Assembly (NCBI GenBank): GCA_013298505.1
Contig: JAAFHY010000003.1
Span: 35,733 to 99,732 of the forward strand
Length of the DNA stretch: 64,000 bases
From: Cytophagales bacterium
Lineage (GTDB): Bacteria > Bacteroidota > Bacteroidia > Cytophagales > Cyclobacteriaceae
Reading direction: 5' to 3'
Below are positions 39,874-51,103 of this stretch, piece by piece. The notes under the pieces were generated by a model. It saw only the letters and a program-made list of their open reading frames with translations, was not told the DNA's origin and did not search any database. The position numbers and the translations under genes were made by a program. Within the stretch, counting starts at the first letter, position 1. Every line of letters begins with the position of its first letter.

Positions 39874-40410
39874 ATGGAAATTACGATTGAATCCCCACCT
39901 AGAACGATGATGGAAGTTTATGAAATGTTGCCGGAAGGCACATTAGCAGAACTCATCGACAATCAACTGTATATGTCACCAGCACCAAATACCAACCACT
40001 TTTCTACTGCGAAAAAGATATCAAAATCGTTTGACAAATTAATTGAAGACACGGGTCGAGGTTTTGTTTTTTATACTCCTTATGATGTTTTTTTAGATAA
40101 GACTCAAAACGCTGTCCAGCCAGATATATTTATTGTTCTTTCTTCCAATTCAGGTAAGATAGAGCCAGATGGTAATTTTATTGGAGTGCCCGATTTAATA
40201 GTAGAAGTACTTTCTCCTAGCAATCGAGAGTACGATATGACTAAAAAGAGAAATCTTTACGAAAAATTTGGTGTACAAGAATATTGGATTGTTGATCCTG
40301 AAACGAAGCTTGCCATGGGCTTTGCTCTTCGAGATAGATTGTATGTTAAGATTAGTGATGAAATTGGTAAAATCAATTCTCCTCTTTTGAATTCTGATTT
40401 CGGTTTTTAA
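39874..40410 (+). CDS. Uma2/DUF820 family PD-(D/E)xK protein
   Basis: ELIDNQLYMSPAP, VQPDIF, PDLIVEVLSPSN, GVQEYWIVDPE. Confidence 0.88.
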   Translation: MEITIESPPRTMMEVYEMLPEGTLAELIDNQLYMSPAPNTNHFSTAKKISKSFDKLIEDTGRGFVFYTPYDVFLDKTQNAVQPDIFIVLSSNSGKIEPDGNFIGVPDLIVEVLSPSNREYDMTKKRNLYEKFGVQEYWIVDPETKLAMGFALRDRLYVKISDEIGKINSPLLNSDFGF

Positions 40411-40518
40411 AGCCTGAAGGATATAAGGCTTGTAGCCTGAGGCCTGTAGCTTGCAGCCAAGATTTACCTTACAACTCCCCACAAAATCCTATCTTTGTCC
40501 TTTCACAGTAATCCCTCC

Positions 40519-43365
40519 ATGCCCTCTTCCTCAGTAAAAAAAATCCAAGACCTCTCGGGTCACGATTATATTGAAATCATTGGCGCTCGCGAACATAACC
40601 TAAAGAATATTAGCGTTTCGTTTCCGCGAAATAAACTTGTAGTACTCACGGGCATCAGCGGCAGCGGAAAATCTTCGTTGGCGTTTGATACCATTTATGC
40701 CGAAGGCCAACGCAGGTACATGGAAAGTTTTTCAGCCTATGCCCGCAGCTTCATCGGCAACCTGGAGCGACCTGACGTAGATAAGATCAATGGCCTCAGT
40801 CCGGTAATTTCCATCGAACAAAAAACCACTTCGCGCAACCCACGCTCTACTGTGGGCACCGTTACCGAGATTTATGATTTCATGCGCTTGCTGTATGCGC
40901 GTGCAGGTGAAGCTTTCTCATACCTTACGGGAGACAAAATGGTACGCCAAAGCGAAGAACAGATTCTCGATGCTATCATCAACAATTTTAGCGGAAAGAA
41001 ATTGGTTGTTCTTGCACCTGTTATCAAAGGGCGTAAGGGGCATTACCGCGAGTTGTTTGTGCAAATCAGAAAACAAGGCTACACCAAAGTGCGCGTAGAT
41101 GGTGAGTTGCAAGACATCACACCCAAAATGCAACTGGATCGATTTAAGATTCACGACATTGAAGTAGTCATTGATCGCATTGTACCCGATGCCAAAGATC
41201 GTTTCCGCATTGGTCAATCGGTGAACACCGCACTGAAAGAAGGAAAAGGAGTAATCATGCTCCTTCCCGAAAACGGCAAAGTGCAGCACTTCTCAAAATT
41301 TTTGATGGATCCGAAGACAGGCTTGTCATATGATGAGCCCGCACCCAATAATTTTTCATTCAACTCGCCTTATGGTGCGTGCCCTACTTGCAACGGCTTG
41401 GGTGAGATTGAAGAAATCACAGAAGAGTCGGTTATCCCCGATAAAAAGTTAAGCATCAGTCGTGGAGGTATTTTGCCCCTGGGCGAATACCGCGACATTT
41501 GGATTTTCAAAAAAATTGAAGCGATACTTAAAAGATATAAACTCACGCTCACCACACCGATTAAAGATATTCCTAAAGAAGCATTAAAAGTTTTGTTGTA
41601 TGGCGATGATGTGCCAGTGGCAGTAGCTTCGGTAAAATATCCAGGTACGGAATGGAACACCAAGTTTGAGGGCATTGTCAATTTTTTACAAAAACAAAAA
41701 GACGAAGGCAGCGATGCTATCCGCAAATGGGTAGATGATTTTACCATTACCAAAGTTTGCCCGGAGTGCCGCGGAGCGCGGTTGAAGAAAGAATCGCTTC
41801 ATTTTAAAATTGCGGACAAAAATATTGCAGAACTCGCCAACCTGAATATTTCAGATTTAAAGAAATGGTTTGACGGACTGGAATCGCGCCTCAGCGACAA
41901 GCAAAATCAAATTGCCGTAGAGGTGCTGAAAGAAATCAGAAAGCGCATTGGTTTTTTATTAGATGTAGGGTTGGATTACCTACACCTCAATCGACCGCTG
42001 CGCACCTTGAGCGGGGGAGAAGCGCAACGAATTCGATTGGCAACTCAAATCGGTACACAATTGGTAGGGGTTCTCTACATTTTAGATGAACCGAGCATTG
42101 GTTTGCATGCACGCGACAATGTGAAATTGATTAAGGCATTGAAAGATTTGCGCGACTTGGGCAATTCGGTCATTGTAGTAGAGCATGACAAAGAGATGAT
42201 GCTCGAATCGGATTACATTATTGATGTAGGCCCCGGTGCGGGGCGACATGGCGGAAACATCGTGGCAGAAGGTGACCCAGAAACCTTTTTGAAAATCGAT
42301 AGCACCACAGCCAAATACCTGAGCGGAAAAATCGGCATCAAGTATTCAAAAGAACGAAGAAAAGGTAGCGGTGAGAAATTGGAATTGATGGGCGCGACTG
42401 GAAATAATTTAAAAAATGTCGACCTGCAAATTAATTTAGGAACGCTTACGTGCATCACGGGCGTATCGGGCAGTGGAAAATCAACATTGATTCATGAAAC
42501 CCTTTTCCCAATTCTAAATCAACACTTTTTCAATTCCCGCAAGGAAGCACTGGCCTACAAAAAAATTGAGGGATTGAAGTTGATTGACAAAGTGATAGAA
42601 GTGGATCAGTCGCCCATTGGCAGAACACCGCGTTCTAACCCCGCCACGTATACTGGCGTGTTCACCGACATTCGTGATTTGTTTGCGCAAATGCCCGAAG
42701 CAAAAATCCGTGGCTACAAAACAGGTCGGTTTTCATTTAATGTAAAGGGCGGAAGATGCGAAACATGTGAAGGTGCAGGATTGCGACTGATTGAAATGGA
42801 GTTTTTGCCCGATGTGCATGTGCCATGCGAAACATGCAAGGGCAAACGTTACAATCGCGAGACATTGGAAGTTCGCTTCAAAGGTAAATCGATTTCAGAT
42901 GTGTTGGATATGACGGTGGAAGAGGCTGTTAATTTTTTTGAAAACCAACCACGTATTTTGCGGAAAATACAAACACTGAGTGAGGTTGGGCTTGGCTACA
43001 TTTCGTTGGGACAACATGCCACTACGCTTTCAGGTGGCGAAGCACAGCGTGTGAAACTCGCAACAGAACTTAGTAAGCGCGACACGGGCAAGACCTTATA
43101 CATTTTAGACGAGCCCACTACGGGCTTGCACTTTCAAGACATCAGTCATTTGCTGGATGTATTGCAGAAGTTGGTGGACAAAGGCAATACTGTGTTGGTG
43201 ATTGAGCATAACATGGATGTCATCAAATCGTCTGACTACATTGTTGACCTCGGCCCTGAAGGGGGTTCAGGCGGTGGCCGCATCATTGCCAAAGGCACAC
43301 CCGAAGAAGTATCCAAAAATCCTGCGAGTTTTACAGGGAAGTTTTTGAAGCCAGAACTGAAGTAA
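40519..43365 (+). CDS. uvrA: Excinuclease ABC subunit A
   Basis: Two ABC cassettes ([26 protein letters not shown] x2) and Zn fingers; TATCTTTG at 40490-40497. Confidence 0.98.
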   Translation: MPSSSVKKIQDLSGHDYIEIIGAREHNLKNISVSFPRNKLVVLTGISGSGKSSLAFDTIYAEGQRRYMESFSAYARSFIGNLERPDVDKINGLSPVISIEQKTTSRNPRSTVGTVTEIYDFMRLLYARAGEAFSYLTGDKMVRQSEEQILDAIINNFSGKKLVVLAPVIKGRKGHYRELFVQIRKQGYTKVRVDGELQDITPKMQLDRFKIHDIEVVIDRIVPDAKDRFRIGQSVNTALKEGKGVIMLLPENGKVQHFSKFLMDPKTGLSYDEPAPNNFSFNSPYGACPTCNGLGEIEEITEESVIPDKKLSISRGGILPLGEYRDIWIFKKIEAILKRYKLTLTTPIKDIPKEALKVLLYGDDVPVAVASVKYPGTEWNTKFEGIVNFLQKQKDEGSDAIRKWVDDFTITKVCPECRGARLKKESLHFKIADKNIAELANLNISDLKKWFDGLESRLSDKQNQIAVEVLKEIRKRIGFLLDVGLDYLHLNRPLRTLSGGEAQRIRLATQIGTQLVGVLYILDEPSIGLHARDNVKLIKALKDLRDLGNSVIVVEHDKEMMLESDYIIDVGPGAGRHGGNIVAEGDPETFLKIDSTTAKYLSGKIGIKYSKERRKGSGEKLELMGATGNNLKNVDLQINLGTLTCITGVSGSGKSTLIHETLFPILNQHFFNSRKEALAYKKIEGLKLIDKVIEVDQSPIGRTPRSNPATYTGVFTDIRDLFAQMPEAKIRGYKTGRFSFNVKGGRCETCEGAGLRLIEMEFLPDVHVPCETCKGKRYNRETLEVRFKGKSISDVLDMTVEEAVNFFENQPRILRKIQTLSEVGLGYISLGQHATTLSGGEAQRVKLATELSKRDTGKTLYILDEPTTGLHFQDISHLLDVLQKLVDKGNTVLVIEHNMDVIKSSDYIVDLGPEGGSGGGRIIAKGTPEEVSKNPASFTGKFLKPELK

Positions 43366-43424
43366 GTTACCGCTAACATAACTCCTCTTCTTTTCGCCTT
43401 TCTAACTCTTTACATTTGCGTGTA

Positions 43425-44468
43425 ATGGTAATCAACAAACAACGTTGGTATTGGATCATGCAACTCAGCGGCTGGGCACTTTTTGCTGCCTTGCAAATTG
43501 TGGCAACTATTTTGGCCTCGGGCAAAGCAGGTGTGCACACTGAACGGATTATCTTTTTAACTTATGAATCGCTTTTTTGCTTGTTGGTATCGCATATGTT
43601 TCGTAACGCCATTATCAAATGGAAATGGTTGAACTTGGGTTTTCAAAAATTAATCCCGCGTGTGTTGGCATCGGTGTTTGTGCTTGGAGCGATTATGTAT
43701 TTGTTGCGCATACCCGTCTCGTTGCCATTGGGCTTATTCAAGAGAGAAGTGGCCTTTGACCCATTCACTTTTTTTAGCGGCATGTTCTTTTATGCCATCA
43801 TTTTCTTTCTCTGGTCAACCTTGTATTTTATTTACACATACGTGGAGCGATACAACACTTCACTCAGGTACGAAGCTTCTGTGAAAGAAATTGAGTTGCT
43901 CAATTTAAAATCCCAGCTCAACCCACATTTTATTTTCAATGCATTAAATAGCATTCGCGCCTTGGTAGATGAAAATCCACAAAAGTCCAAACAGGCAATC
44001 AACCAACTGTCTAGCATTTTGCGCAGTTCACTTACTATGGAAAAACGGGGACTCACTCGCTTTGATGATGAAATGAAAATGGTGCATGCGTACTTAGGCT
44101 TAGAAGGCATTCGCTTTGAAGAGCGACTACAGACAAAATTTGATATTCACCCCGACTCGCATGATTTTATGGTGCCACCGCTTATGATTCAAACGCTTGT
44201 AGAGAATGGTGTAAAGCATGGCATTTCTAAACTTACCAAAGGTGGGGTAATTGATGTTTCTACGAAAGTTGATGAAAATGGCTTAAAAGTATTCATCCGA
44301 AACAGTGGACATTACGTAAACGGACATGCGTTAAGCGAAGGACTAGGCTTAAGTAATACCATTCAGCGGTTAAAACTTTTATACGGAGAAAATGCCCACT
44401 TCAAAATCACCAATGAAAAAGATAATTTTGTGCTTACTGAAATTCACTTACCTTATTCGCGCAAGTAG
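43425..44468 (+). CDS. LytS/YehU-type sensor histidine kinase
   Basis: N-terminal TMs; LKSQLNPHFIFNALNSI; QTLVENGVKHGI. Confidence 0.92.
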   Translation: MVINKQRWYWIMQLSGWALFAALQIVATILASGKAGVHTERIIFLTYESLFCLLVSHMFRNAIIKWKWLNLGFQKLIPRVLASVFVLGAIMYLLRIPVSLPLGLFKREVAFDPFTFFSGMFFYAIIFFLWSTLYFIYTYVERYNTSLRYEASVKEIELLNLKSQLNPHFIFNALNSIRALVDENPQKSKQAINQLSSILRSSLTMEKRGLTRFDDEMKMVHAYLGLEGIRFEERLQTKFDIHPDSHDFMVPPLMIQTLVENGVKHGISKLTKGGVIDVSTKVDENGLKVFIRNSGHYVNGHALSEGLGLSNTIQRLKLLYGENAHFKITNEKDNFVLTEIHLPYSRK

Positions 44469-44498
44469 ATATTTTCTAATAAACCTAAATCGGACGTA

Positions 44499-45215
44499 AT
44501 GAAAGCTCTTGTAATTGACGATGAACGCCTAGCCCGCAAAGAACTTCTCACCTTATTAGAAGCTCACCCTTCCATAGAAGTAGTTGGTGAAGCTATGAAT
44601 GCCGATGAAGCCGAAAAAATGATTGAAGAGTTAAATCCCGATTTACTCTTTTTAGACATTCAAATGCCCGGCCGCACGGGCTTTCAATTATTAGAGTCGC
44701 TCGACTCTGCCCCAATGGTCGTGTTTACTACAGCGTACGATCAACATGCGTTGAAAGCATTTGAAGTTAATGCGCTAGATTATTTACTGAAGCCCATCGT
44801 TGCCGAGCGGCTTAGTGAGGCAGTTCATAAAGTAGTAGAAAAAGAGAAGGCTAAAACGGGACGAATTGGAGAGAAAAAATTAGGCTTGGAAGACCAAGTG
44901 TTTGTGAAAGATGGCGAGCGTTGTTGGTTTGTAAGTCTGGCGAACGTGCGCATGTTTGAGTCGGATGGGAACTACATTAAAGTATTCTTTGATACCAACC
45001 GCCCGATGATCCATAAATCGCTCAACGCCCTAGACGAAAAATTGGATGAGCGTACTTTTTTCAGGGCGAGCCGCAAGCACGTTGTAAATTTAAGCTGGGT
45101 AGAAGGAATTGAACCTTGGTTTAATGGAGGCTTGATGGTACGATTGCGTGGTGGCGATAAAGTAGAGGTTAGCAGAAGGCAGGCAGCCAAGTTTAAAGAT
45201 ATGATGAGTTTGTAG
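44499..45215 (+). CDS. LytTR family response regulator
   Basis: LVIDDE, LFLDIQMPG, DYLLKP; C-terminal FFRASRKHVVNL...VSRR. Confidence 0.95.
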   Translation: MKALVIDDERLARKELLTLLEAHPSIEVVGEAMNADEAEKMIEELNPDLLFLDIQMPGRTGFQLLESLDSAPMVVFTTAYDQHALKAFEVNALDYLLKPIVAERLSEAVHKVVEKEKAKTGRIGEKKLGLEDQVFVKDGERCWFVSLANVRMFESDGNYIKVFFDTNRPMIHKSLNALDEKLDERTFFRASRKHVVNLSWVEGIEPWFNGGLMVRLRGGDKVEVSRRQAAKFKDMMSL

Positions 45216-45216
45216 T

Positions 45217-45582
45217 TTATCTCAAAACCATTTCGATCAATTCTTTCTCCACGCTCCAATCTTTTGCCAGTTTAAGCATAGCCGTGGCCTCCATTTCCGT
45301 AACGTAGCCTTTTAAGTTGTTGGCTTGCCACACCATATTAATGAGCTCTATTCGCTTTACCTTAGTATAATCTCCTATAATTTCGTTCAGATAGGTTCTT
45401 GCCCTATCAAAAGAAGTAAGGTAATCCTTGGCAATAAACTCAAGCGCCCAAGCCAATGCTTCATGGGCGTTTAATCGTGAAGCGGTTTCTTCCAAATCTA
45501 TTTTTTCGGGGTCGTCCAGCCCATGGTAGTGGTAGATAACCGCCTTCAAAAGCATATAAACCTTTTTTTCTTCTTCGGTCAT
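45217..45582 (-). CDS. Conserved hypothetical protein (possibly TerB-like helical fold)
   Basis: 121-aa ORF; MVWQANNLKGYVTEMEATAMLKLAKDW. Confidence 0.55.
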   Translation of the reverse strand: MTEEEKKVYMLLKAVIYHYHGLDDPEKIDLEETASRLNAHEALAWALEFIAKDYLTSFDRARTYLNEIIGDYTKVKRIELINMVWQANNLKGYVTEMEATAMLKLAKDWSVEKELIEMVLR

Positions 45583-45623
45583 GGCAGAAAAATAGCAATT
45601 TAAAAGCGAATCAAGCGAATTCT

Positions 45624-46748
45624 CTATTCAGAAATAAACAGTTCTCCCGAAATATGATCGGCCATTAAGAGGCCTTTTCGGGTTAGAAAGTAAGTATGGT
45701 CTTTTTCGGTAACGAAACCGTTGGCGATGAACGATTGCATAATAGGCGATGTAGCCAGATCAAACTGGTAAGCACCAATTAAAAAATCGCGGTTGCAACC
45801 CCACGAAGTTCGAAGCGAGGTAAATAGGTACTCATTAATTTTATTCTCTCTGGTAAGTACCTCTACTTCGCACGAAGGTGTGCCAGCGTTTAGGGATTTT
45901 ATATAAAGGTGATTGTTACTGCAATTTGCCTGCCTGCTCGTTCCGTTAAATGAATGCGCGCTTGGGCCAACCCCTAAGTAATGCACTTGGCGCCAATAGT
46001 TACTATTGTGTTTTGATTCCCAGCCTGGCCTGCAAAAGTTAGATATCTCATATTGTTGATATCCACTTTTACTCAATGTCTCCATCAAGATTTCAAAATT
46101 AGCCGCAGAACTCTCCTCGTCAACGGCCTTTATTATTCCTTTCTTGTGTTGTTTGCCAAAAACAGTTTTATCTTCAATCGTAAGGCAATAGGCCGAAATA
46201 TGCTGGGGGTCTAATGAAATAGCCTGCTCAATAGCTTGCTTCCACTTGTCAATAGATTGATTGGGTACAGAGTACATGAGATCGATACTGATATTTTCAA
46301 AGCCTGCTTTTCTAGAATTGTCGATGCAGCTAACGGCTTCTTCGCTGTTGTGCGCCCGATTGAAGTAAGCAAGGGTAGCATCATCGAACGATTGAATGCC
46401 GATACTGAGCCGATTAAATCCCAATTGATTGAGCAATTCTAATTTAGTTTTCGATAGGTCATCGGGATTGGCTTCGATGGTAACTTCTTTTACGTTTGAT
46501 AAATCAAAATGAGCATGCAGCCCATTCAAAATAATTTCAAACTCATTAGCAGTAAGTAAAGTAGGCGTGCCTCCACCCCAATAAATAGTTTCGATAGGCT
46601 GACTCTTGAGGTAATTGGCTTGGACGGATAGCTCTTTGGCGATGGCTAGAGAAAGCTCAGTCTTTAACGCCTGATTAGTCGAAAAATGAAAATCGCAATA
46701 ATGGCAAGCTTGTTTACAAAAAGGAATGTGAAGGTAGATGCCTGCCAA
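45624..46748 (-). CDS. hemW: Radical SAM heme chaperone HemW
   Basis: IYLHIPFCKQACHYCDF, GGGTPT, YEISNF, HNSNYW. Confidence 0.93.
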   Translation of the reverse strand: MAGIYLHIPFCKQACHYCDFHFSTNQALKTELSLAIAKELSVQANYLKSQPIETIYWGGGTPTLLTANEFEIILNGLHAHFDLSNVKEVTIEANPDDLSKTKLELLNQLGFNRLSIGIQSFDDATLAYFNRAHNSEEAVSCIDNSRKAGFENISIDLMYSVPNQSIDKWKQAIEQAISLDPQHISAYCLTIEDKTVFGKQHKKGIIKAVDEESSAANFEILMETLSKSGYQQYEISNFCRPGWESKHNSNYWRQVHYLGVGPSAHSFNGTSRQANCSNNHLYIKSLNAGTPSCEVEVLTRENKINEYLFTSLRTSWGCNRDFLIGAYQFDLATSPIMQSFIANGFVTEKDHTYFLTRKGLLMADHISGELFISE

Positions 46749-46842
46749 GTTGATTTGATTTAGTATTAGATAATCGGTAAAACAAGAGATTTGATTTCGG
46801 TAATCCCATACTATTCTGATATTTTTGAGTTTCTATAATAAA

Positions 46843-47922
46843 TTGAAGAGAAAAATAATTGCGATAGTCCTCATAGCGGCTTCAATGGCCACTCGTGCAA
46901 GTGCTGGGGTCGTTGAAACAAAAGAGTTAAAATCGGCTTGGTTGGTTTATTCGGAGAACAAATACGTTCCCTATAGTAATCAATCTACCGATGCAATTTT
47001 TTTCTGGATCAACACAAAACTCAATAAGCACCAGCAATTATTGATTGACTCTCGGCACGATTACAGCCTCTTCATCAATGCCAAACTGGTGGTTCAGAAG
47101 AGGGGAAGGTTATCTCTTTCAATAGATAGTTTGTCCAAACAGTATCCATTTCAATTTTTTGTAAGTATTTACTCGGCCACGGGTGTTCATCACTTGACTA
47201 CGGAAATTACTATTGTCCCTATCGAATTTGATCCAATAGACAGAAAGGGTAGTTTTTTCTTAGACTTTTCGCTGTTGGCAACCTTGGCTTTGATTGGCGG
47301 TTTTGCTGTATTTATACAAACCAATCCTGCGTTAACCTTCGATTATCTTAATGTTAGGAAATGGTTTTCTTTTCAAGAGAAGGACGAGAGCAAATTTACG
47401 TTACGCATAGCCTCTAGCGTAAACCTACTGTTTTATCTTTTCGGTAGTTTTTTTATGAGCCTCATGTTGCTGGTTGCGTTTCATTTTGCTGACGATCACT
47501 TCTGGCTTGCTCAAGTATTCGCTATTAAGTCTACACCGCAAGCCTTTTGGCAGTGGTTTTTACTTTCGGCAATAATTGCAGGCTGCTTTGTTATTAAATT
47601 GGTTTGGCTTGCTGTGCTGGCTGCTCTATTTGGATTTAGAGATACAGTTAACTTTCAGTTTTTTAATTTCATGCGCTCGGTATTGATTGCAATTACTACC
47701 ATCGCTTTTTTGTGCCTCATTTATTACATGGTTGGTATTCAAAACAGCCACTATTTTGAGTATCTGATTTTTATACTCATTGCTATTTTTATAGTGGGTA
47801 TAGTGCTAATCTATTTTAAATTATTGAGCCGAATGCCCTTCCATTTCTTTCATTTATTTTCCTACCTTTGCGCATCCGAAATCATTCCAATAGTGGTTTT
47901 GATTCGGTTTTTTTTCTACTAG
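46843..47922 (+). CDS. DUF4271-like membrane protein
   Basis: C-terminal HLFSYLCASEIIP motif; probable TTG start at 46843 because TATTTTTG overlaps the track start 46825. Confidence 0.75.
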   Translation: MKRKIIAIVLIAASMATRASAGVVETKELKSAWLVYSENKYVPYSNQSTDAIFFWINTKLNKHQQLLIDSRHDYSLFINAKLVVQKRGRLSLSIDSLSKQYPFQFFVSIYSATGVHHLTTEITIVPIEFDPIDRKGSFFLDFSLLATLALIGGFAVFIQTNPALTFDYLNVRKWFSFQEKDESKFTLRIASSVNLLFYLFGSFFMSLMLLVAFHFADDHFWLAQVFAIKSTPQAFWQWFLLSAIIAGCFVIKLVWLAVLAALFGFRDTVNFQFFNFMRSVLIAITTIAFLCLIYYMVGIQNSHYFEYLIFILIAIFIVGIVLIYFKLLSRMPFHFFHLFSYLCASEIIPIVVLIRFFFY

Positions 47923-47944
47923 GCCCAACCCGATTAGTGCTGAT

Positions 47945-48721
47945 ATGACCGAAACTGCCACGGACAGGATGCGAAAAGTAAAGAGCATCTTAGTCACACA
48001 GGAAGCCCCAACCGATGTTAATTCCCCCTACCTGAAGTTGGCAGAGAAATTTAATCTTAAAATTGATTTTCGCCCGTTTATACAGGTAGAGCCAGTCGGA
48101 GCTAAAGAATTCAGAAAACAAAAAGTAGAAATTCTACAACACTCGGCTATCATCTTTACCAGCCGCAATGCCGTAGATCATTTCTTTGCCCTGTGCGTAG
48201 AATTGAAATTAGAAATGCCTCCCGATATGAAGTACTTCTGTATTTCAGATCAAACTTCCAACTACCTCCAGAAGTACATTGTAATACGAAAACGCAAAAT
48301 CTTCTCGGGTCTTAAGGACACCAAAGATCTACTGGAAATTATCAAAAAACACAAGAACGAGAGGTTTCTCTTCCCTTGCTCCGATATCCGCAAAAGCGAC
48401 ATCCCAGATTTTTTGAAAGAAAATGGATTCACGTTTACAGAGGCCGTAATCAATCATACTGTGGCAGCGAATCTTAGCGACTTGAAAAATGTGTACTACG
48501 ATATTTTAGCCTTCTTCAGCCCATCAGGCATAAATTCTCTATTCGTCAACTTCCCCGACTTTAAGCAAAACAACACTCGATTGGCGGCTTTTGGTCCAAC
48601 AACGGCAAAAGCAGTTGTTGAGGCGGGCCTAGTCTTAGATATTGAGGCACCCTTGCCCAATGCCCCCTCAATGACGGGCGCCCTAGAGATATATATTAAA
48701 AAGGCAAACGGAATTAAATAA
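47945..48721 (+). CDS. hemD: Uroporphyrinogen-III synthase family protein
   Basis: KSILVTQ, IIFTSRNAVDHFF, LAFFSPSGI, AFGPTT. Confidence 0.8.
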   Translation: MTETATDRMRKVKSILVTQEAPTDVNSPYLKLAEKFNLKIDFRPFIQVEPVGAKEFRKQKVEILQHSAIIFTSRNAVDHFFALCVELKLEMPPDMKYFCISDQTSNYLQKYIVIRKRKIFSGLKDTKDLLEIIKKHKNERFLFPCSDIRKSDIPDFLKENGFTFTEAVINHTVAANLSDLKNVYYDILAFFSPSGINSLFVNFPDFKQNNTRLAAFGPTTAKAVVEAGLVLDIEAPLPNAPSMTGALEIYIKKANGIK

Positions 48722-48834
48722 AGTATTCATTACTACGTTTTTAATAAGGTTGTTATTTTATTACACTTTAATTACATAGTGTTGCCCAAGTCTGTTTAAT
48801 TGCTTTATCTTTAAGTCTGTTTTGAAATCGAATT

Positions 48835-49782
48835 GTGAGAAAATTAATTCTATTAGGGATTGTAGTCGTGTTGCCTGTTGCTAAAATTTTGGCTCAGCAA
48901 GATCCTCAATTTACCCAATACATGTTCAACACTTTATATTATAACCCAGGGTTTGCTGGGGTAGAGGGTGTAACAAAACTCACGGCTATGCATCGAAGTC
49001 AGTGGCTAGGTTATTCACCAACCAGCGGAGGAGGAGGAGCCCCCACCACCCAGATAATTACATTCACTACTCCGCTTTTCAAATTGAATAGCGGCTTTGG
49101 TGCCCACATTGTCAATGATCAACTCGGCCCTCAAAATAATTTAGAAGCACAAGCTTCTTACGCCTATCATTTAGGAATAAAAGATAGCAAACTCAGTTTT
49201 GGCCTCAGGGCAGGTATTTATTCTCAAACATTTAATTTCAGTTTATATAAACCAATAGAACCGGATCCTAAACTTCCAAGTTCAGGTTCGCAATCGCAGG
49301 TTCGCCCAGATATATCCGCTGGTGTTTTCTGGAGAAAAGAAAAATATTATGTAGGCCTTAGTTTTAACCATCTAATCAATTCAACGTTTGATTTTGGCCT
49401 GAGCCAAAGAGGCAAATTAGAAACCCATGCTTATTTAACTGGAGGATATTTTTATGAAGTGAATTTTGACCTTAAGTTTCACTTCTCAGCGCTTATCCAA
49501 TCCGACCTTAATAGAACATCAGTTAATATTGGAGGCTTGGCTTACTTTAAAGATACTATGTGGGGTGGCCTCTCGTTTCGATCTTCCGAGTCGGCCACAT
49601 TAATGTTGGGATATAGCCTATTAAAGGATAAGTCGTTAAAATTGGGCTACGGTCTAGATTATATCATTCAAGATCAGGCTGCTAAAGAGCCCACTTCACA
49701 CGAATTGATGCTTAGTTACGAGTTGCCTGTAAATGCCGGAAGCGGCAAAAAAGTGGTGAGAACACCCCGCTATAGAAAGTAA
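48835..49782 (+). CDS. T9SS membrane protein PorP/SprF family
   Basis: QQDPQFTQYMFNTLYYNPGFAG, HRSQWLG, SHELMLSY. Confidence 0.93.
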   Translation: MRKLILLGIVVVLPVAKILAQQDPQFTQYMFNTLYYNPGFAGVEGVTKLTAMHRSQWLGYSPTSGGGGAPTTQIITFTTPLFKLNSGFGAHIVNDQLGPQNNLEAQASYAYHLGIKDSKLSFGLRAGIYSQTFNFSLYKPIEPDPKLPSSGSQSQVRPDISAGVFWRKEKYYVGLSFNHLINSTFDFGLSQRGKLETHAYLTGGYFYEVNFDLKFHFSALIQSDLNRTSVNIGGLAYFKDTMWGGLSFRSSESATLMLGYSLLKDKSLKLGYGLDYIIQDQAAKEPTSHELMLSYELPVNAGSGKKVVRTPRYRK

Positions 49783-49921
49783 TTAGTCAAATAATTTTGG
49801 TTTTTTTAAGAATTTGCAGAATTTGGTGGCCTAGTGTTTAAATAAAATAGGAAAAAAGAATAACTTTCGAGTCTGTTCGTTCAGAAAACGGACAACAAAG
49901 GAGTGTACTAACGTAAAAACT

Positions 49922-51046
49922 ATGAAGAAAACAGTTTCTCGGAAAGTTCTGTATTACGCATTAATCTTAACAACTTCTGCCGTGGTGGGCAGTTGCGGTC
50001 TACTAGGAATTGGAGGAAAAAAGGGAGGTGGCGATGCGCAAGGTGAAGTAGTAGGACAGTCTACTATAGAGCGCAAAGAAGGATGGTCAATGGTTATTCC
50101 TTACGGGATGGTGCCAATCCCAGCAGGAACATTCCACATGGGGCAGGCTGATGAAGATCCCGCATCTACCCAAATCAACTTTAATAAGCAGATTACGATC
50201 GGCCCATTGTTTATGGACGAGACTGAAATTACTAATGACGAGTACTTACAATTCACTTCTTTCTATACAGGTGCCGAAGGCGGAGCACAATTAACAAGTT
50301 TACCTCAGGTAAGTCAGCAAGAGTTTATGGCTAAGTATTATCCTGATACTACTGTTTGGATGAAAGACTTCACTCACCACATGGGCGATCCTTTAGTAGA
50401 TTATTATTGGCAGCACCCAGGCTATCAAGAGTACCCCGTGGTTGGTGTAAGTTGGGAAGCAGCTTCCTTTTTTGGAAAGTGGAGATCGGCATTCTTAAAC
50501 GAGTGGAGGCAAGTAAACGGTGGCCAGCCACCCATGCCATCTTTCAGATTGCCATCTGAAGCAGAGTGGGAGTATGCCGCACGCGGAGGTCGTGATATGA
50601 ATAAGTATCCTTGGGGAAATCCATACATCAGAAATTCAAAAGGTTGTATGTTGGCAAACTTTAAGCCGGGTCGTGGTAATTATTTTGATGACGGTTTCGC
50701 CTACACTTCTCCTGTCGGGATTTATTTCCCTAACGATTACGGATTAGTAGACATGTCGGGCAACGTGGCAGAGTGGTGTCTCGATGATTTTAATCCAGCT
50801 TCAGTTCCTACTGTCTGGGATTTGAACCCTCAGTTCATCGACAAAAACGCTTACGATAAAGAAGGCAACTCAAAAGAAAAGTACAACGCTCGCAAAGTAA
50901 TACGCGGTGGCTCATGGAAAGATGTCGCCTATTACTTGGAAACAGGAACTAGAACTTACGAATACAAAGATTCTACCCGTGCATATATCGGCTTCAGGTG
51001 CGCAATGACAAACTTGGGTCGCTCTGCTGGCACAGAATTTCAATAA
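49922..51046 (+). CDS. gldK: Gliding motility lipoprotein GldK
   Basis: Lipobox VVGSC; YYPDTTVW, RLPSEAEWEYAARGG, DMSGNVAEW, IGFRC (FGE-sulfatase fold). Confidence 0.92.
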   Translation: MKKTVSRKVLYYALILTTSAVVGSCGLLGIGGKKGGGDAQGEVVGQSTIERKEGWSMVIPYGMVPIPAGTFHMGQADEDPASTQINFNKQITIGPLFMDETEITNDEYLQFTSFYTGAEGGAQLTSLPQVSQQEFMAKYYPDTTVWMKDFTHHMGDPLVDYYWQHPGYQEYPVVGVSWEAASFFGKWRSAFLNEWRQVNGGQPPMPSFRLPSEAEWEYAARGGRDMNKYPWGNPYIRNSKGCMLANFKPGRGNYFDDGFAYTSPVGIYFPNDYGLVDMSGNVAEWCLDDFNPASVPTVWDLNPQFIDKNAYDKEGNSKEKYNARKVIRGGSWKDVAYYLETGTRTYEYKDSTRAYIGFRCAMTNLGRSAGTEFQ

Positions 51047-51103
51047 TCAAAAACTACCCTTATATTTATAAAAAACTCAGACTAACCTAAATCTCAAAGA
51101 ACC